From the IMG/VR virus record IMGVR_UViG_3300045988_176248, positions 1-41,244 of that record: 41,244 bases of DNA; one strand, written 5' to 3'. The notes under the pieces were generated by a model. It was not told the origin of the DNA. It ran no database searches and was given only the letters and a program-made list of their open reading frames with translations. The translations under genes were made by a program, and so were the position numbers. Positions 1 to 8,640 of this stretch are shown here, piece by piece; the stretch's first letter is position 1, and each line of letters starts with the position of its first letter. This stretch comes from a virus.

Positions 1-55
1 TTGCTGACATTGCTGTCATAAGCATTAAGGCGGTTTTCAATGGCTTTGTCAATTA
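1..55. repeat. Terminal overlap, copy 1: 55 bp identical to 41190-41244. Indicates a circular assembly or terminal redundancy.
   Basis: Direct comparison: ttgctgacattgctgtcataagcattaaggcggttttcaatggctttgtcaatta is found at both ends of the window. Confidence 0.95.
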
Positions 56-422
56 CACTGGTTGCATCATACAGGGCTTTGCCGTAAGCACGCTGTGCTA
101 CAGAGTTAATGAAGTTTCCCAACTTACTTGGGTCTTGCATCAGCTCAGCAGCGTCGTACTCGACTCCGTCAAGGAAGTTCTGCTTAGCTACATACTGCTT
201 GAATACATCGCTGCTGCTCGCACCCTGTGTGCTTTGCACATTCTGTGCACTTTGTGTCCCTTGGGCACCCTGTTGTGCCGCTTGCTGACTTGTTTGAGTC
301 GGCGGCACCTGCTTGAACGGATTAAGCTCTTCCGGCGCTTCAGGTTGACTTGACGTAAAGACTTGCTTGAGTCTGGCCAAAAACCCGGCATCATCGTTTA
401 CTTGTTCGTTTTCAGTTTCCAT
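1..422 (-). CDS. Putative scaffolding protein, 5' (N-terminal) part. The gene crosses the circular junction and continues at 41189 down to 40913.
   Basis: ATG at 422-420 is preceded by GGAG (ggagtaaaataaATG). Hand translation gives METENEQVNDDAGFLARL... and the frame stays open to position 1. With position 1 equal to 41190, it is in frame with ORF 40913..41128 (offset 483 nt = 161 codons). Total about 232 aa, Q/A-rich and acidic, located between portal and capsid genes. Confidence 0.6.
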   Translation of the reverse strand, partial: METENEQVNDDAGFLARLKQVFTSSQPEAPEELNPFKQVPPTQTSQQAAQQGAQGTQSAQNVQSTQGASSSDVFKQYVAKQNFLDGVEYDAAELMQDPSKLGNFINSVAQRAYGKALYDATSVIDKAIENRLNAYDSNVS

Positions 423-440
423 TTATTTTACTCCTTTATT

Positions 441-2345
441 CTAAATGTTTTGACTGTTTTGGTCAACAGGTATTTCCTGCTGCTGTTGCTGTTGTGCCAT
501 AGCCTGCTGAAGTAACTGGTAAGCTAAGTTCCTCTGCTGGATTGGCAGTGAGTCAATCGGTGACTCTTTCTTAAACATACTGAAGTCTATTTGGTGCCCT
601 GTCAAGCTGCTCTGGTAATCGAACAACTTAGTTAAGTCGTATTCCTGGGCGACTTGCGGCAACTGGATTAACTTGTTAATGAATGTATCCATCTGCTGAG
701 CTTTTATATCTCTATCCACTCCGGTCATAGCAGTGGTAATTGAGTACATAACACCGCGGCCGCTGAACTCGCCTACTGCGGTGGGAACATCATTGCCTTG
801 GTCATCCTTAACTGGCAGGGTAGCTTCATGGTCGAAAATCGTCTGGATGTGAATTGACTTCAACGGTGTAATTAACATCGCCTGAATTTGCCGCGCCATT
901 AGCTTCGTAGCCTTACCCGACGTCTCAAGTGCCTTTTTGGCCTGCCACTCAGTTGCTCTGTCAAGGCTGCTCATTAAGCTGGCTTGGTCAGTCGGCATAA
1001 TAATCTGCATTATGTTCTTCATCTGGTTGATGTCACTTAGGATATGCTGTGTATCCGGTGCATCATTGAAGTGCATAATTGCAGAGCCAAGTGACTCATT
1101 TGGCTCAGACGACACCGGAATCCACGGGCACTCTTCATCAGCTTCCTTAGCTTTGGTGATTTCATTGAGCGATATGCGGTTGCGGTCGTAGAAATTGAGC
1201 CCGTAAACTTTCTTCCGGTCGCCTTTCTGCTTAGTGTTAATTAAGAAGTTTATGAAACATTGAACCGGAGTGAGATTTTCGGCCGGAGCAACTCCAGGGA
1301 ATATCGGGGCCACAACTACGGGAATGACTCCATTGGAACTGACTTCTGCATTAACCAGCGTCTGTCCGATGTAAGTCAATTTAAGCAGCGTCTTAGTAAG
1401 CGGCTCGAGCCCGGGAAGTTCGAAGCCAAGTAACTCAGGGCAAACGCGCACATAGACAGTTGTCTTGTTAATGAAGTTCTCTCTTGTAATGTCGCTATCG
1501 CGTTCGGTGTCGTGCGGAAGAGGGTTGAAGTCAAGTATGTACTTGAAGTCCCTTGGGTTGTTCATTGAAAAAACGGCTCGATAGCCGGCTGTTCTACTGC
1601 ACTCAAGTAACTCAGAAAGTTCCTTGTCCCCGACTTCGGGGTGCAAGGCTTGATTGAGAATGTCTGTTTTGGCGATGCTCTCAACATAGGCACAGAAGTC
1701 GCCACATTCACTGAAAGAGCGCATATCAGTCAATTTACTGAAGTACAGGCAGCCGGGGTTAATTAACTTTAGATTCACACCGAACGCCGGATTCTCCGTG
1801 ATGCCCTCGACGTTGAACTGGTTAATTGAGTCCTTATCCCAACGAGCTTCCACAGCGGCAATGCCATAATGGAGTATGCACTTGAACGCCTGAAGTAACA
1901 CGTTAAAATGGTCGAACCTCGTGAAGTCCTGACTCATACGCTCCGCCACCGCCGCAACATACTTCTGGTTATTTGGGTTGCCGAAAGCTGTGTAGCTGTC
2001 ATTGGAACTAATGAGTAAATTGACTAGGTCTGAGGCAGCTTCATTAAGTTGGGTTGCAGCAAGTGGCAATTTAATCTCACTGCGGTTTTTCATCTTACTT
2101 AACGCATAACGCGTAATGCGGTTTACGAGCTCCTGAATGTTGCCGAGCCCTAAAGAGCCACTCCGAGTTACTCCATCATAGCGGTCAATTGAGCTGCTTC
2201 GGCCATACAAGTCAATTAACACCCTATCGCAAAGGTGCACCAAGTCGTTGGTCGAGTCGCTGCACATGCCGACAAAGTGGCTGCAGTAACTTCGCAACTC
2301 CCTTGACTCACTGTAAGCCTTAAAGTTTTCTACTGGTATAAACAT
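441..2345 (-). CDS. Portal protein
   Basis: 634-aa ORF immediately downstream of the large terminase gene and upstream of the scaffold and capsid genes. Size and position are typical of portals. Q-rich C-terminus. No motif-level proof. Confidence 0.7.
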   Translation of the reverse strand: MFIPVENFKAYSESRELRSYCSHFVGMCSDSTNDLVHLCDRVLIDLYGRSSSIDRYDGVTRSGSLGLGNIQELVNRITRYALSKMKNRSEIKLPLAATQLNEAASDLVNLLISSNDSYTAFGNPNNQKYVAAVAERMSQDFTRFDHFNVLLQAFKCILHYGIAAVEARWDKDSINQFNVEGITENPAFGVNLKLINPGCLYFSKLTDMRSFSECGDFCAYVESIAKTDILNQALHPEVGDKELSELLECSRTAGYRAVFSMNNPRDFKYILDFNPLPHDTERDSDITRENFINKTTVYVRVCPELLGFELPGLEPLTKTLLKLTYIGQTLVNAEVSSNGVIPVVVAPIFPGVAPAENLTPVQCFINFLINTKQKGDRKKVYGLNFYDRNRISLNEITKAKEADEECPWIPVSSEPNESLGSAIMHFNDAPDTQHILSDINQMKNIMQIIMPTDQASLMSSLDRATEWQAKKALETSGKATKLMARQIQAMLITPLKSIHIQTIFDHEATLPVKDDQGNDVPTAVGEFSGRGVMYSITTAMTGVDRDIKAQQMDTFINKLIQLPQVAQEYDLTKLFDYQSSLTGHQIDFSMFKKESPIDSLPIQQRNLAYQLLQQAMAQQQQQQEIPVDQNSQNI

Positions 2346-2362
2346 ATTAGGTACCTTTCTAT

Positions 2363-3889
2363 TTATAAACTACTTGCTGCCGCGATTCGCTGTAACAACT
2401 CACTTGAGTATCCGGACTTACTTAACTTCCGATTTTTGGCCGTCTTGATTTTCTCGAGGTGCAACTCAAGCATCTGGCAGCCATAGGCCTCTACGTCGAT
2501 TAAGTCGTCTGAATTGTCTTTGCACGTCGGGTCGAAGGCAAGTAACTGAGTAATGGTTAAATTATCATTATCACTTAAATGATATACACCTTGGTAAAGT
2601 AAGTCAACAAAAGATTTTATCCTAGATGCTTTGCTTTTCTTGAGCGTTTTTAGCGGGACATACTCAATTAAACCGCTGCTTCCATTCACTGAGTCCATGT
2701 ACTCGAACATTGATTTCAAAGATGCTTGATACGCTTCGGCTTCGAAGCCCACAATTGAGACATTCCACTTACTGCACATATCCTGCATTGCGGCGTACAA
2801 AGCAACTGGTGATTCTCCATAGGCCACCCTTGAGTCGACTATCTGCCAATGAGGTGTTGGAGTTTCATAGTAGCAATGGACGGCCATTGTTTGTGCGTGT
2901 CCCCAGGCCGCTTGGCTGATTGCAGGGTCAATTGTGATGAATCCATATTCATGCTCACTTGACTCAGGGTCTACCTTAGGGCTTCGGGTGATTCGTTGCA
3001 AGTCAATTGACAGCGTATTTGCAGCCACGGGGTCATTGAGCATTTCGGCACACCACTGCCCAGCTAATCCCTTGCTGGCATACTCGTTGTATTCAGCTAT
3101 GAGGTCAGCGAAGCTGTTAAGCTCTGGCCACAAAGGGGTGCCATCTTGCTTGAGTGCGCTCAACTTAATTGACGCCCATTTCGGGCTCGCGCAGTTCTCG
3201 TTGACGATGCTGTTTCTGTTGACGATGTTGCCCAACATAATTAACCGCCCCTGAGGGCTCAGCGCCTTAATGCAGTCAGAGAAGAACCAGCGCTTCAGCT
3301 TGTCGAAGAGGATTTCGGATTCATTCTCTTGGCGGTCTTCTAGGTCGTCAACTAACAGCACGTCAATTCGGCGGTTATTTACGTTGTAGCCTCGAATCTG
3401 GCTGTTTGCACCAAAGCTGCTCATATTGAATGTATGTCCATTAAGTTGGAATGAATATTCGCCGCGGTCAAGCTGCTCCTTAATGAACTTGGGCACTCCG
3501 AAGGCCGCCATCATAGATTCAGAGCAAATTAAGTTCCGAATGTCCATTAAGGCCTTTGTGGCAAGAGGGCTACTGTGGCTCAGATACCCAATGTTCATAT
3601 CTGAGGCGGCACCGTGAATTAACCGGCTAACAGCTATCTTGGCAATTGTCGTCTTGGCGTGAGAGCGCGGACAAGCAACACAGACCCTCTTAATTGACTC
3701 ATCAATAAAAAGCCGGAACATCTGCAAATGGAACTCCGGTGTGGGCAAGAGGTCATCACCTGCTTGAGCTCCCAAAGCAAATTGAATGTAGGCTGCTTCA
3801 CTGCCAAGCAGCGTCTGCCGCAATTCTTGTGCATTAACTTCGTATAACATGTTCGCTCCCTGCTCACTGCGTTCGCATATTTGGTTCAT
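2363..3889 (-). CDS. terL: Terminase large subunit. The true start may be the ATG at 3850.
   Basis: Walker A-like CPRSHAKTT, Walker B VLLVDDLED, and RNaseH-like nuclease signature ITIDPA in the C-terminal half. The ATG at 3850 (MLYEV...) has a better SD (gggagcgaacATG) than the one at 3889. Confidence 0.9.
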   Translation of the reverse strand: MNQICERSEQGANMLYEVNAQELRQTLLGSEAAYIQFALGAQAGDDLLPTPEFHLQMFRLFIDESIKRVCVACPRSHAKTTIAKIAVSRLIHGAASDMNIGYLSHSSPLATKALMDIRNLICSESMMAAFGVPKFIKEQLDRGEYSFQLNGHTFNMSSFGANSQIRGYNVNNRRIDVLLVDDLEDRQENESEILFDKLKRWFFSDCIKALSPQGRLIMLGNIVNRNSIVNENCASPKWASIKLSALKQDGTPLWPELNSFADLIAEYNEYASKGLAGQWCAEMLNDPVAANTLSIDLQRITRSPKVDPESSEHEYGFITIDPAISQAAWGHAQTMAVHCYYETPTPHWQIVDSRVAYGESPVALYAAMQDMCSKWNVSIVGFEAEAYQASLKSMFEYMDSVNGSSGLIEYVPLKTLKKSKASRIKSFVDLLYQGVYHLSDNDNLTITQLLAFDPTCKDNSDDLIDVEAYGCQMLELHLEKIKTAKNRKLSKSGYSSELLQRIAAASSL

Positions 3890-3946
3890 TTAATATTCCG
3901 GCTATTCCACCAGCTACTTCACTAGCTGCTCTAGCCTCGTCTGGAT

Positions 3947-4678
3947 TCATCTGGATTCTCCGGTGGCGCTTGATGGCAAGTCAATTAAGTCATCAACCTG
4001 CTTGAGCATCTCAATGCCAGCTGGGCTCGTTGCCTCGGCCTGCCGCACGGGTTCAAAGTAAGCTTCTATCTCAGAGCCGCCTCGAGCAAGTCGCTCCATG
4101 TCCTTAGCGGTGAATACGTCGAGGACTTTGCTGGAGGCACCTTGGGTGCTTGAGGTGCCCTGCACAGGTGCAGTTAATTGAGTTACTGATTCCGAAACTG
4201 GCCCCGCCGCGGGCCCCGCATTTACAAGTGCATTGACGACTTGTTGATTAAGCTGCAGCGTGATAGTCTTAGCTCCTTCGACCAGTTGCTGCATAGCCTG
4301 CTGCTTGCCTTTATGCGACCTAATTGCCTTGTTTGCAACGGCCGCAGCCTTGAGGGCGAAAACAGGGTCGGGACGTGAATTGAGTTCCCCAAGGACATTC
4401 TTCAAAGCCAGTACTTCCACTTCATCCCACTTACTTGAGGCGTCAGCCGAGTTCAGGCGCTCAGCCGCTTCCTGCTGGGCAATTAACTGTTTAAGCTCAG
4501 GAACTTCCAAGAGGTCAGCAAGCTGAGCAGGTTCGAGGTTCAGGAAGTCGGCCATCATTGCTGTGGGCATTCCAGAGTTAATTAACTGCACCAACTTACT
4601 TCGCGCCCCTGCATTAAGTGATTGCCATAGGCTTGCGCCGTTTGCAGAACTGTTGTTTATTTCATTGCCGTTTTCCAT
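3947..4678 (-). CDS. Putative terminase small subunit or DNA-binding packaging protein
   Basis: 243-aa ORF directly upstream of terL. The N-terminal segment LVQLINSGMPTAMMADFLNLEPAQLADLL looks like a helix-turn-helix. The assignment rests on position only. Confidence 0.4.
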   Translation of the reverse strand: MENGNEINNSSANGASLWQSLNAGARSKLVQLINSGMPTAMMADFLNLEPAQLADLLEVPELKQLIAQQEAAERLNSADASSKWDEVEVLALKNVLGELNSRPDPVFALKAAAVANKAIRSHKGKQQAMQQLVEGAKTITLQLNQQVVNALVNAGPAAGPVSESVTQLTAPVQGTSSTQGASSKVLDVFTAKDMERLARGGSEIEAYFEPVRQAEATSPAGIEMLKQVDDLIDLPSSATGESR

Positions 4679-5561
4679 CTTCCTTACCTTCCTTAACTTC
4701 TATGACCTTGTGATTCGAGATAAACTTTGTAGCCTTGTAATTAACATCTTGGAGTAAAGCCCAGCCTCGGGGCGTTCTGTAGTATGGTTCCTTAATTAAC
4801 TTCTCAAGTTCATGAAGCTTCTGCCAGATAAGCGGCCACCCTTGCTTAATTACCTGAAGCTCCTTGATGTTCCTACTGCGGCAGCACCAGCACCCAGGCT
4901 TAATTAACCCCGAAGTGTAAAGCCGCCCTATTGCCCAACCCTTCCTGCTTAACCACTCAACACAATAGGCCTTGCTGCGGCCTTCGGCGATGTTAGGGCT
5001 AATTAACTTGAAGTTTTTGAGCACGGGCACTGAGAGGCGGTTTAGGGTAAGCTCAGCTGACCTTTCTGACGTACAGCCGAAAATTAGCTGGAACTCCAGC
5101 TGCTTCTCAGCAACTTTCTTCAAGTACTGCTCTTTAAGGTACCTGTTGATGAGAAGCCACTTAATTGACTCACCCCATCTCAATTTGCCACCGCACCAGC
5201 CGCGGCCCCGCTGCAACCGCTGTACGAAGCCCTGCCATTGAAGATTCTTTGAAGCATCTAGGGGTCTGTAGAGCTTCTCGATTGACTTATGCAGCATCTC
5301 ATACTCAAGGCGGCCTTGCAGCTCAGTAAACTTAATTAACTTCTCTCTGCAAATTGCCTTGAGTGCCTCGGCCGCCTGCTCCTGTTCTGGCCACTCGAAG
5401 CCCAAATTGACATAGACAAGTTCATCGCCTTGCTGCAGCTCACCACGCTCAAGTAACTTGCAGAAGGCCATTAGCGCCCCGGCACTCATTTTTGCCAGTA
5501 ACACCTTAGTGGTTTTGCGGCTCGTAGCCTCGTCGCTTGATTCTTCATTGATTAAAGTCAT
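4662..5561 (-). CDS. Hypothetical protein: first gene of the minus-strand block, basic and Trp/Cys-rich
   Basis: 299-aa ORF with a strong SD (ggaggaatcaagcaATG), about 25 nt downstream of a sigma70-type promoter. Its stop overlaps the next gene's start by 17 nt. No recognisable motif. Confidence 0.7.
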   Translation of the reverse strand: MTLINEESSDEATSRKTTKVLLAKMSAGALMAFCKLLERGELQQGDELVYVNLGFEWPEQEQAAEALKAICREKLIKFTELQGRLEYEMLHKSIEKLYRPLDASKNLQWQGFVQRLQRGRGWCGGKLRWGESIKWLLINRYLKEQYLKKVAEKQLEFQLIFGCTSERSAELTLNRLSVPVLKNFKLISPNIAEGRSKAYCVEWLSRKGWAIGRLYTSGLIKPGCWCCRSRNIKELQVIKQGWPLIWQKLHELEKLIKEPYYRTPRGWALLQDVNYKATKFISNHKVIEVKEGKEDGKRQ

Positions 5562-5584
5562 TGCTTGATTCCTCCTATTTAGCT

Positions 5585-5613
5585 AGCTTACCAAATAATT
5601 CGGCAGATGTCAA
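5585..5613 (-). promoter_or_regulatory. Sigma70-type promoter driving the minus-strand block
   Basis: Read on the minus strand: TTGACA, then a 17-nt spacer (tctgccgaattatttgg), then TAAGCT. The spacer ends in TGG, matching the TGn of an extended -10. It sits just upstream of the SD and ATG at 5561. Confidence 0.6.
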
Positions 5614-6081
5614 CATAGTAGCTGTGGCAAACTTATAGTCAATTAGCCATTAAAGTTGCTCTGGCATCTCTGGCAGCTTCTGGTAATTCGAGGCCGCTGG
5701 CAAGCAGCGGCTGACCAGCCGAAGTCAATTAGCTTCCCAGCCAGAAAGCCACCTCAGAGCATCTATGCTGCTTAAATGTTAATGATGCACCAACACAATT
5801 AACTACCAAGATTAGCCTAAGGTTCCTGCTTAGCCGGTTACTCGAGTTTCGCGGCAAGCCGCTCTGGCCACTGCAGAGTTAATTGACTTGTGAAGCTAAT
5901 CAACATCACAAGAAACCAGCCTCGGAATATGTCAATTAGGTTACATCCGCTGGAATTTCAATTTTCTTGCGAATTTGCGAAGGGTACATTTATATACGCC
6001 GGAGCCCCTAGCTTGTCTTTGGGGTGCAATAGCCCCTTTTGCTGGTGGGTAAAAAATTTTTGGTATTCATTGATTTTTCGC

Positions 6082-6110
6082 TTGCAATTAAAATTGAACT
6101 CTGGTAGAAT
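6082..6110 (+). promoter_or_regulatory. Sigma70-type promoter driving the plus-strand early/replication block
   Basis: TTGCAA, then a 17-nt spacer (ttaaaattgaactctgg), then TAGAAT, again with TGn immediately before the -10. It lies 63 nt upstream of the first plus-strand ATG (6173). Confidence 0.6.
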
Positions 6111-6172
6111 ACCCTTATATAAGCAAGGTTACCTATATATTGTTCAACAGAATTTTTTGAGAGGCTACTAAA

Positions 6173-6535
6173 ATGAATAGAATGATTAAAAGTAAAGCTA
6201 CAACCGCAACCGCAACAAACACAATTGCTTCAGCGTTAATTAAAGCCGTGCAAGTCAACGGCTACGACTACGAACAGCAAAAAGTGTTACTTGATAAACT
6301 GGCAATTTGCACACAAGAGGCCGGCGACGGTTACGGCATCATATTTTACTTTACGGATTATTCCGCAATTGAGTGCAACGACTTAACAAAGTCATTTACC
6401 GAATTTTACGGCGCGCGGCGTGATTTTGCGGAGATTGCAATGCGGATACAGTATTTTAACGGCTGTGCCGCCGATTGCCCCGCTTATTTACGCAACGACC
6501 TTTTAACGTGGTTAAAGGAAAACGACGCTGAATAA
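6173..6535 (+). CDS. Hypothetical early protein
   Basis: 120-aa ORF with SD gagagg 8 nt upstream. First gene after the plus promoter. Confidence 0.65.
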   Translation: MNRMIKSKATTATATNTIASALIKAVQVNGYDYEQQKVLLDKLAICTQEAGDGYGIIFYFTDYSAIECNDLTKSFTEFYGARRDFAEIAMRIQYFNGCAADCPAYLRNDLLTWLKENDAE

Positions 6536-6549
6536 TTATCGCAAGGCTT

Positions 6550-6582
6550 GCCGGTAGCCTTTAATTAAACCGGCTTTATTCT
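6550..6582 (+). terminator. Candidate weak intrinsic terminator
   Basis: Stem gccggt / accggc with a 13-nt loop that contains TTAATTAA, followed by tttattct. Confidence 0.35.
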
Positions 6583-6671
6583 ATGCGCCTTAATCGGTGC
6601 GCCTCTAAAATTGAACCGGCGGTAAACGCCGCCTAACGTAAACTAACTTTTAATTAAAAGGAATTAAGAAA

Positions 6672-7409
6672 ATGGAAAAAGAAGAAATTTTGAATGAATT
6701 AAATAGAATCAGTGCGGGTGATGCCGTACGTGTTGCCGTTGATGACAGTGGCAATTTAGTTGCCACTGTTGCCGGTGAATCAGCAAAAAGCGTATCTGTC
6801 CGTGTTATTGACGGTATTTCTAACCGTCAATTAAGTTGTCGTTTGATTAAGGATAAGCAGGGAAAATATGATGTGCTTTATACGAATATACCGGACGTAA
6901 TGGAAGTTGCTGGACTTAATGACATTTGCCGTGAATTCGTTGAAAAGTATTTTTTAAGCAATTATATCCGCAAACTGCTTACGCTTCCAAATCTTAACAA
7001 CATCGTGGATATTCTCACCCCGCAGAACGGCGGCAACGCCCAAGCTAACCCGCTTTCTAAGCCGTTCAACGCTCTGGTTAAAGCGCTGGTTGTTAGCCTT
7101 AAGGCTAATATGCCGGCAAAAGCAAGCTTGATTAATGAAAAGACGGTTAAGACTTTCTTAGCTGACTTGCAAGCCGCTAATCTTATCTTAGGCAACACCA
7201 CCGTGAAGGGTAAATCGGTTACCGTTGCCGACTACATTAAAGCTTTGATTAAGTGGCATTGTGAGAAGCAGAGCCCTAACGCCGTCAATTTCGCACACGG
7301 GGTGACTTTCTCACTCGATGATTATATTAGCTATGCGGTTGCGCTTGCCGCTAAAGCCGTTGACCGCAAAGTCGAAACAAGCATTGACGAAGATGACTTA
7401 GATATCTAA
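6672..7409 (+). CDS. Hypothetical early protein
   Basis: 245-aa ORF with SD aaaagga upstream. No recognisable motif. Confidence 0.7.
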   Translation: MEKEEILNELNRISAGDAVRVAVDDSGNLVATVAGESAKSVSVRVIDGISNRQLSCRLIKDKQGKYDVLYTNIPDVMEVAGLNDICREFVEKYFLSNYIRKLLTLPNLNNIVDILTPQNGGNAQANPLSKPFNALVKALVVSLKANMPAKASLINEKTVKTFLADLQAANLILGNTTVKGKSVTVADYIKALIKWHCEKQSPNAVNFAHGVTFSLDDYISYAVALAAKAVDRKVETSIDEDDLDI

Positions 7410-7426
7410 TTGCTTGCCGCAAAATG

Positions 7427-7460
7427 AGAGGGGCTTTAGTTGCCCCTCTTTTCTTGCTTT
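7427..7460 (+). terminator. Rho-independent terminator
   Basis: 8-bp GC-rich stem agaggggc / gcccctct, loop tttagtt, followed by ttttcttgcttt. Confidence 0.7.
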
Positions 7461-7529
7461 AAGTTACAACCTTTTCGTGCATTAACACAATTAAACCACA
7501 TAACACAACCACATTAAGGACTCACTAAG

Positions 7530-8204
7530 ATGACAAACTTCAATACATTTAATCAAAACGCAACCATTTACTACAATCTTAACATTTTCGCTAAACCTCA
7601 ATTAAAACAGCTATCTCAATTTACACTCGCTGATTTTTCCACCCTTGCGGAATATGTTGCTACGAATTGTCATACAATCGAACTTGTTAACGCACCATCG
7701 GAAAAAACAGCCTTGCTTAACTTGCTTAACTTGCTTAATTCAATCGACGCAATCGACGCCGCCGACAAAATCCGCTCCGGCTATTCCGCCGTTTTGCAAC
7801 ACTTGCCCCGCTTAACTATCATCGACTACATTAAACTCTTATCGGATAGCGCAAGCGCTAGCGCCGTTTACGGCTGTAAATTGACCGAAAACCCACAAGA
7901 AGCGCTCGCTGTTTTATCGAACTTAATTGACAAGCTAACCACCGAAACGGCAAGCAAGAGCTTGCGAATCAAGCAGTTTGAAGCAGAGCGCCGCAAGCAG
8001 CAGCAAGCACGCGCCGAACGTAGAGCTAGCTTAGAAGAAAAGCAGTTAATTGAGCTCCGCAAACAGCGGGCTAAGCAAGTTCAAGCGCAAAAAACTAACT
8101 TGAAGATGTTCATTAAGGCGCTTTCGGTTAGCGCCGATGAAGCTACTTTTTCCCAGAAGGTGCTTAGGGTGGCCGAGTTAATTGACTCTGACTTAGATTT
8201 GTAA
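7530..8204 (+). CDS. Hypothetical early protein with a basic coiled-coil-like C-terminal half
   Basis: 224-aa ORF with SD taagga. Contains the tandem codon repeats LLNLLNLLN (cttgcttaa x3 at about 7721-7747) and IDAIDA. The C-terminal segment EAERRKQQQARAERRASLEEKQLIELRKQRAKQVQAQK is K/R/Q-rich. Confidence 0.7.
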   Translation: MTNFNTFNQNATIYYNLNIFAKPQLKQLSQFTLADFSTLAEYVATNCHTIELVNAPSEKTALLNLLNLLNSIDAIDAADKIRSGYSAVLQHLPRLTIIDYIKLLSDSASASAVYGCKLTENPQEALAVLSNLIDKLTTETASKSLRIKQFEAERRKQQQARAERRASLEEKQLIELRKQRAKQVQAQKTNLKMFIKALSVSADEATFSQKVLRVAELIDSDLDL

Positions 8205-8291
8205 GCCTTCGGCCTTCGGCCTTTGGCCTAACTTGCTTAACAAGCACCTAATTAGCACTTACTTAACTACTTAACCTAAGTAACTTCCCTT

Positions 8292-8343
8292 AAAAATAGT
8301 ACTCACTTTGGACAAAATTTTCTGTCTGGGTGAGTACATTTTT
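8292..8343 (+). terminator. 52-bp imperfect palindrome followed by a T-run: candidate terminator of the early operon or a regulatory hairpin
   Basis: Arms aaaaatagtactcac...gtgagtacattttt with an inner pairing gacaaaa / ttttctgtc. Followed by tttgtc. Confidence 0.4.
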
Positions 8344-8376
8344 GTCTAAATTCAAACTTAATAAGGGCTGTAAAAT

Positions 8377-8449
8377 CGGTAATTAAGTTAAAAGTTGCTC
8401 AATGCACTCGGAATCCGACTGCATTTACCAAAAAATAAGTTAATTACCG
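8377..8449. repeat. 73-bp imperfect palindrome centred on 8413
   Basis: Outer arms cggtaattaa (8377-8386) and ttaattaccg (8440-8449) are perfect complements. The core tcggaatccga (8408-8418) is concentric with them. By hand alignment 28 of 36 positions pair. Confidence 0.7.
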
Positions 8450-8640
8450 ACTGGACGCACGTTATGACCTTTTCTACTAAGTGGTTTTTCAAGGTTAATT
8501 AACACTTTTTTCTTGACAGCCAGCCTCGCTTAGCTTCGCTGCGCTCAGCGACTCAATTAATTTCAATTCATCATAAAAGTTAATCGAGCCTATCGGCTTA
8601 ACACAAGTGCTCTGCACATTAACATAAAGAGGATAATTAA

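Noticed and set aside
1-55. The 55-bp end repeat as a genuine direct terminal repeat of the virion DNA
   Set aside because: A length of exactly 55 nt, together with an ORF reading seamlessly across the join, is what an assembler k-mer overlap on a circular contig produces. Physical termini cannot be inferred from this.
135-394. Track ORFs 135..353 (+) and 188..394 (-)
   Set aside because: Both lie inside the longer minus-strand frame that starts at 422 with a good SD and continues across the circular junction (the scaffold-like gene). They are shadow or off-frame ORFs.
3864-3950. A 28-aa micro-ORF (ATGA overlap with the TerS-like stop, ending 13 nt before the ATG at 3850)
   Set aside because: It is too short to support without comparative or ribosome-profiling data. 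It exists only if terL starts at 3850 rather than 3889.
5966-6055. A possible small plus-strand transcript (TTGCGA-N17-TTATAT, then a hairpin plus T-run at about 6036-6055)
   Set aside because: The -10 is poor (3/6) and the hairpin is short. There is not enough evidence to call an ncRNA. It is mentioned under the control-region finding.
5890-6171. 93-aa ORF in the divergent intergenic region
   Set aside because: It starts at a non-ATG codon with no SD. It spans the predicted plus promoter (6082-6110) and hairpins, and its sequence is low-complexity and hydrophobic. It is more likely regulatory DNA.
8299-8337. GTACTCAC / GTGAGTAC arms resembling halves of the SlmA binding site GTGAGTACTCAC
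   Set aside because: The halves are 23 bp apart and in the wrong order to form a contiguous site. They are better explained as the arms of the 52-bp hairpin.
8513-8541. A consensus TTGACA with an upstream T-tract as the helicase-operon promoter
   Set aside because: No acceptable -10 hexamer is present at 16-18 bp (tcgctg / ttcgct). It is kept only as part of the non-coding-island finding.
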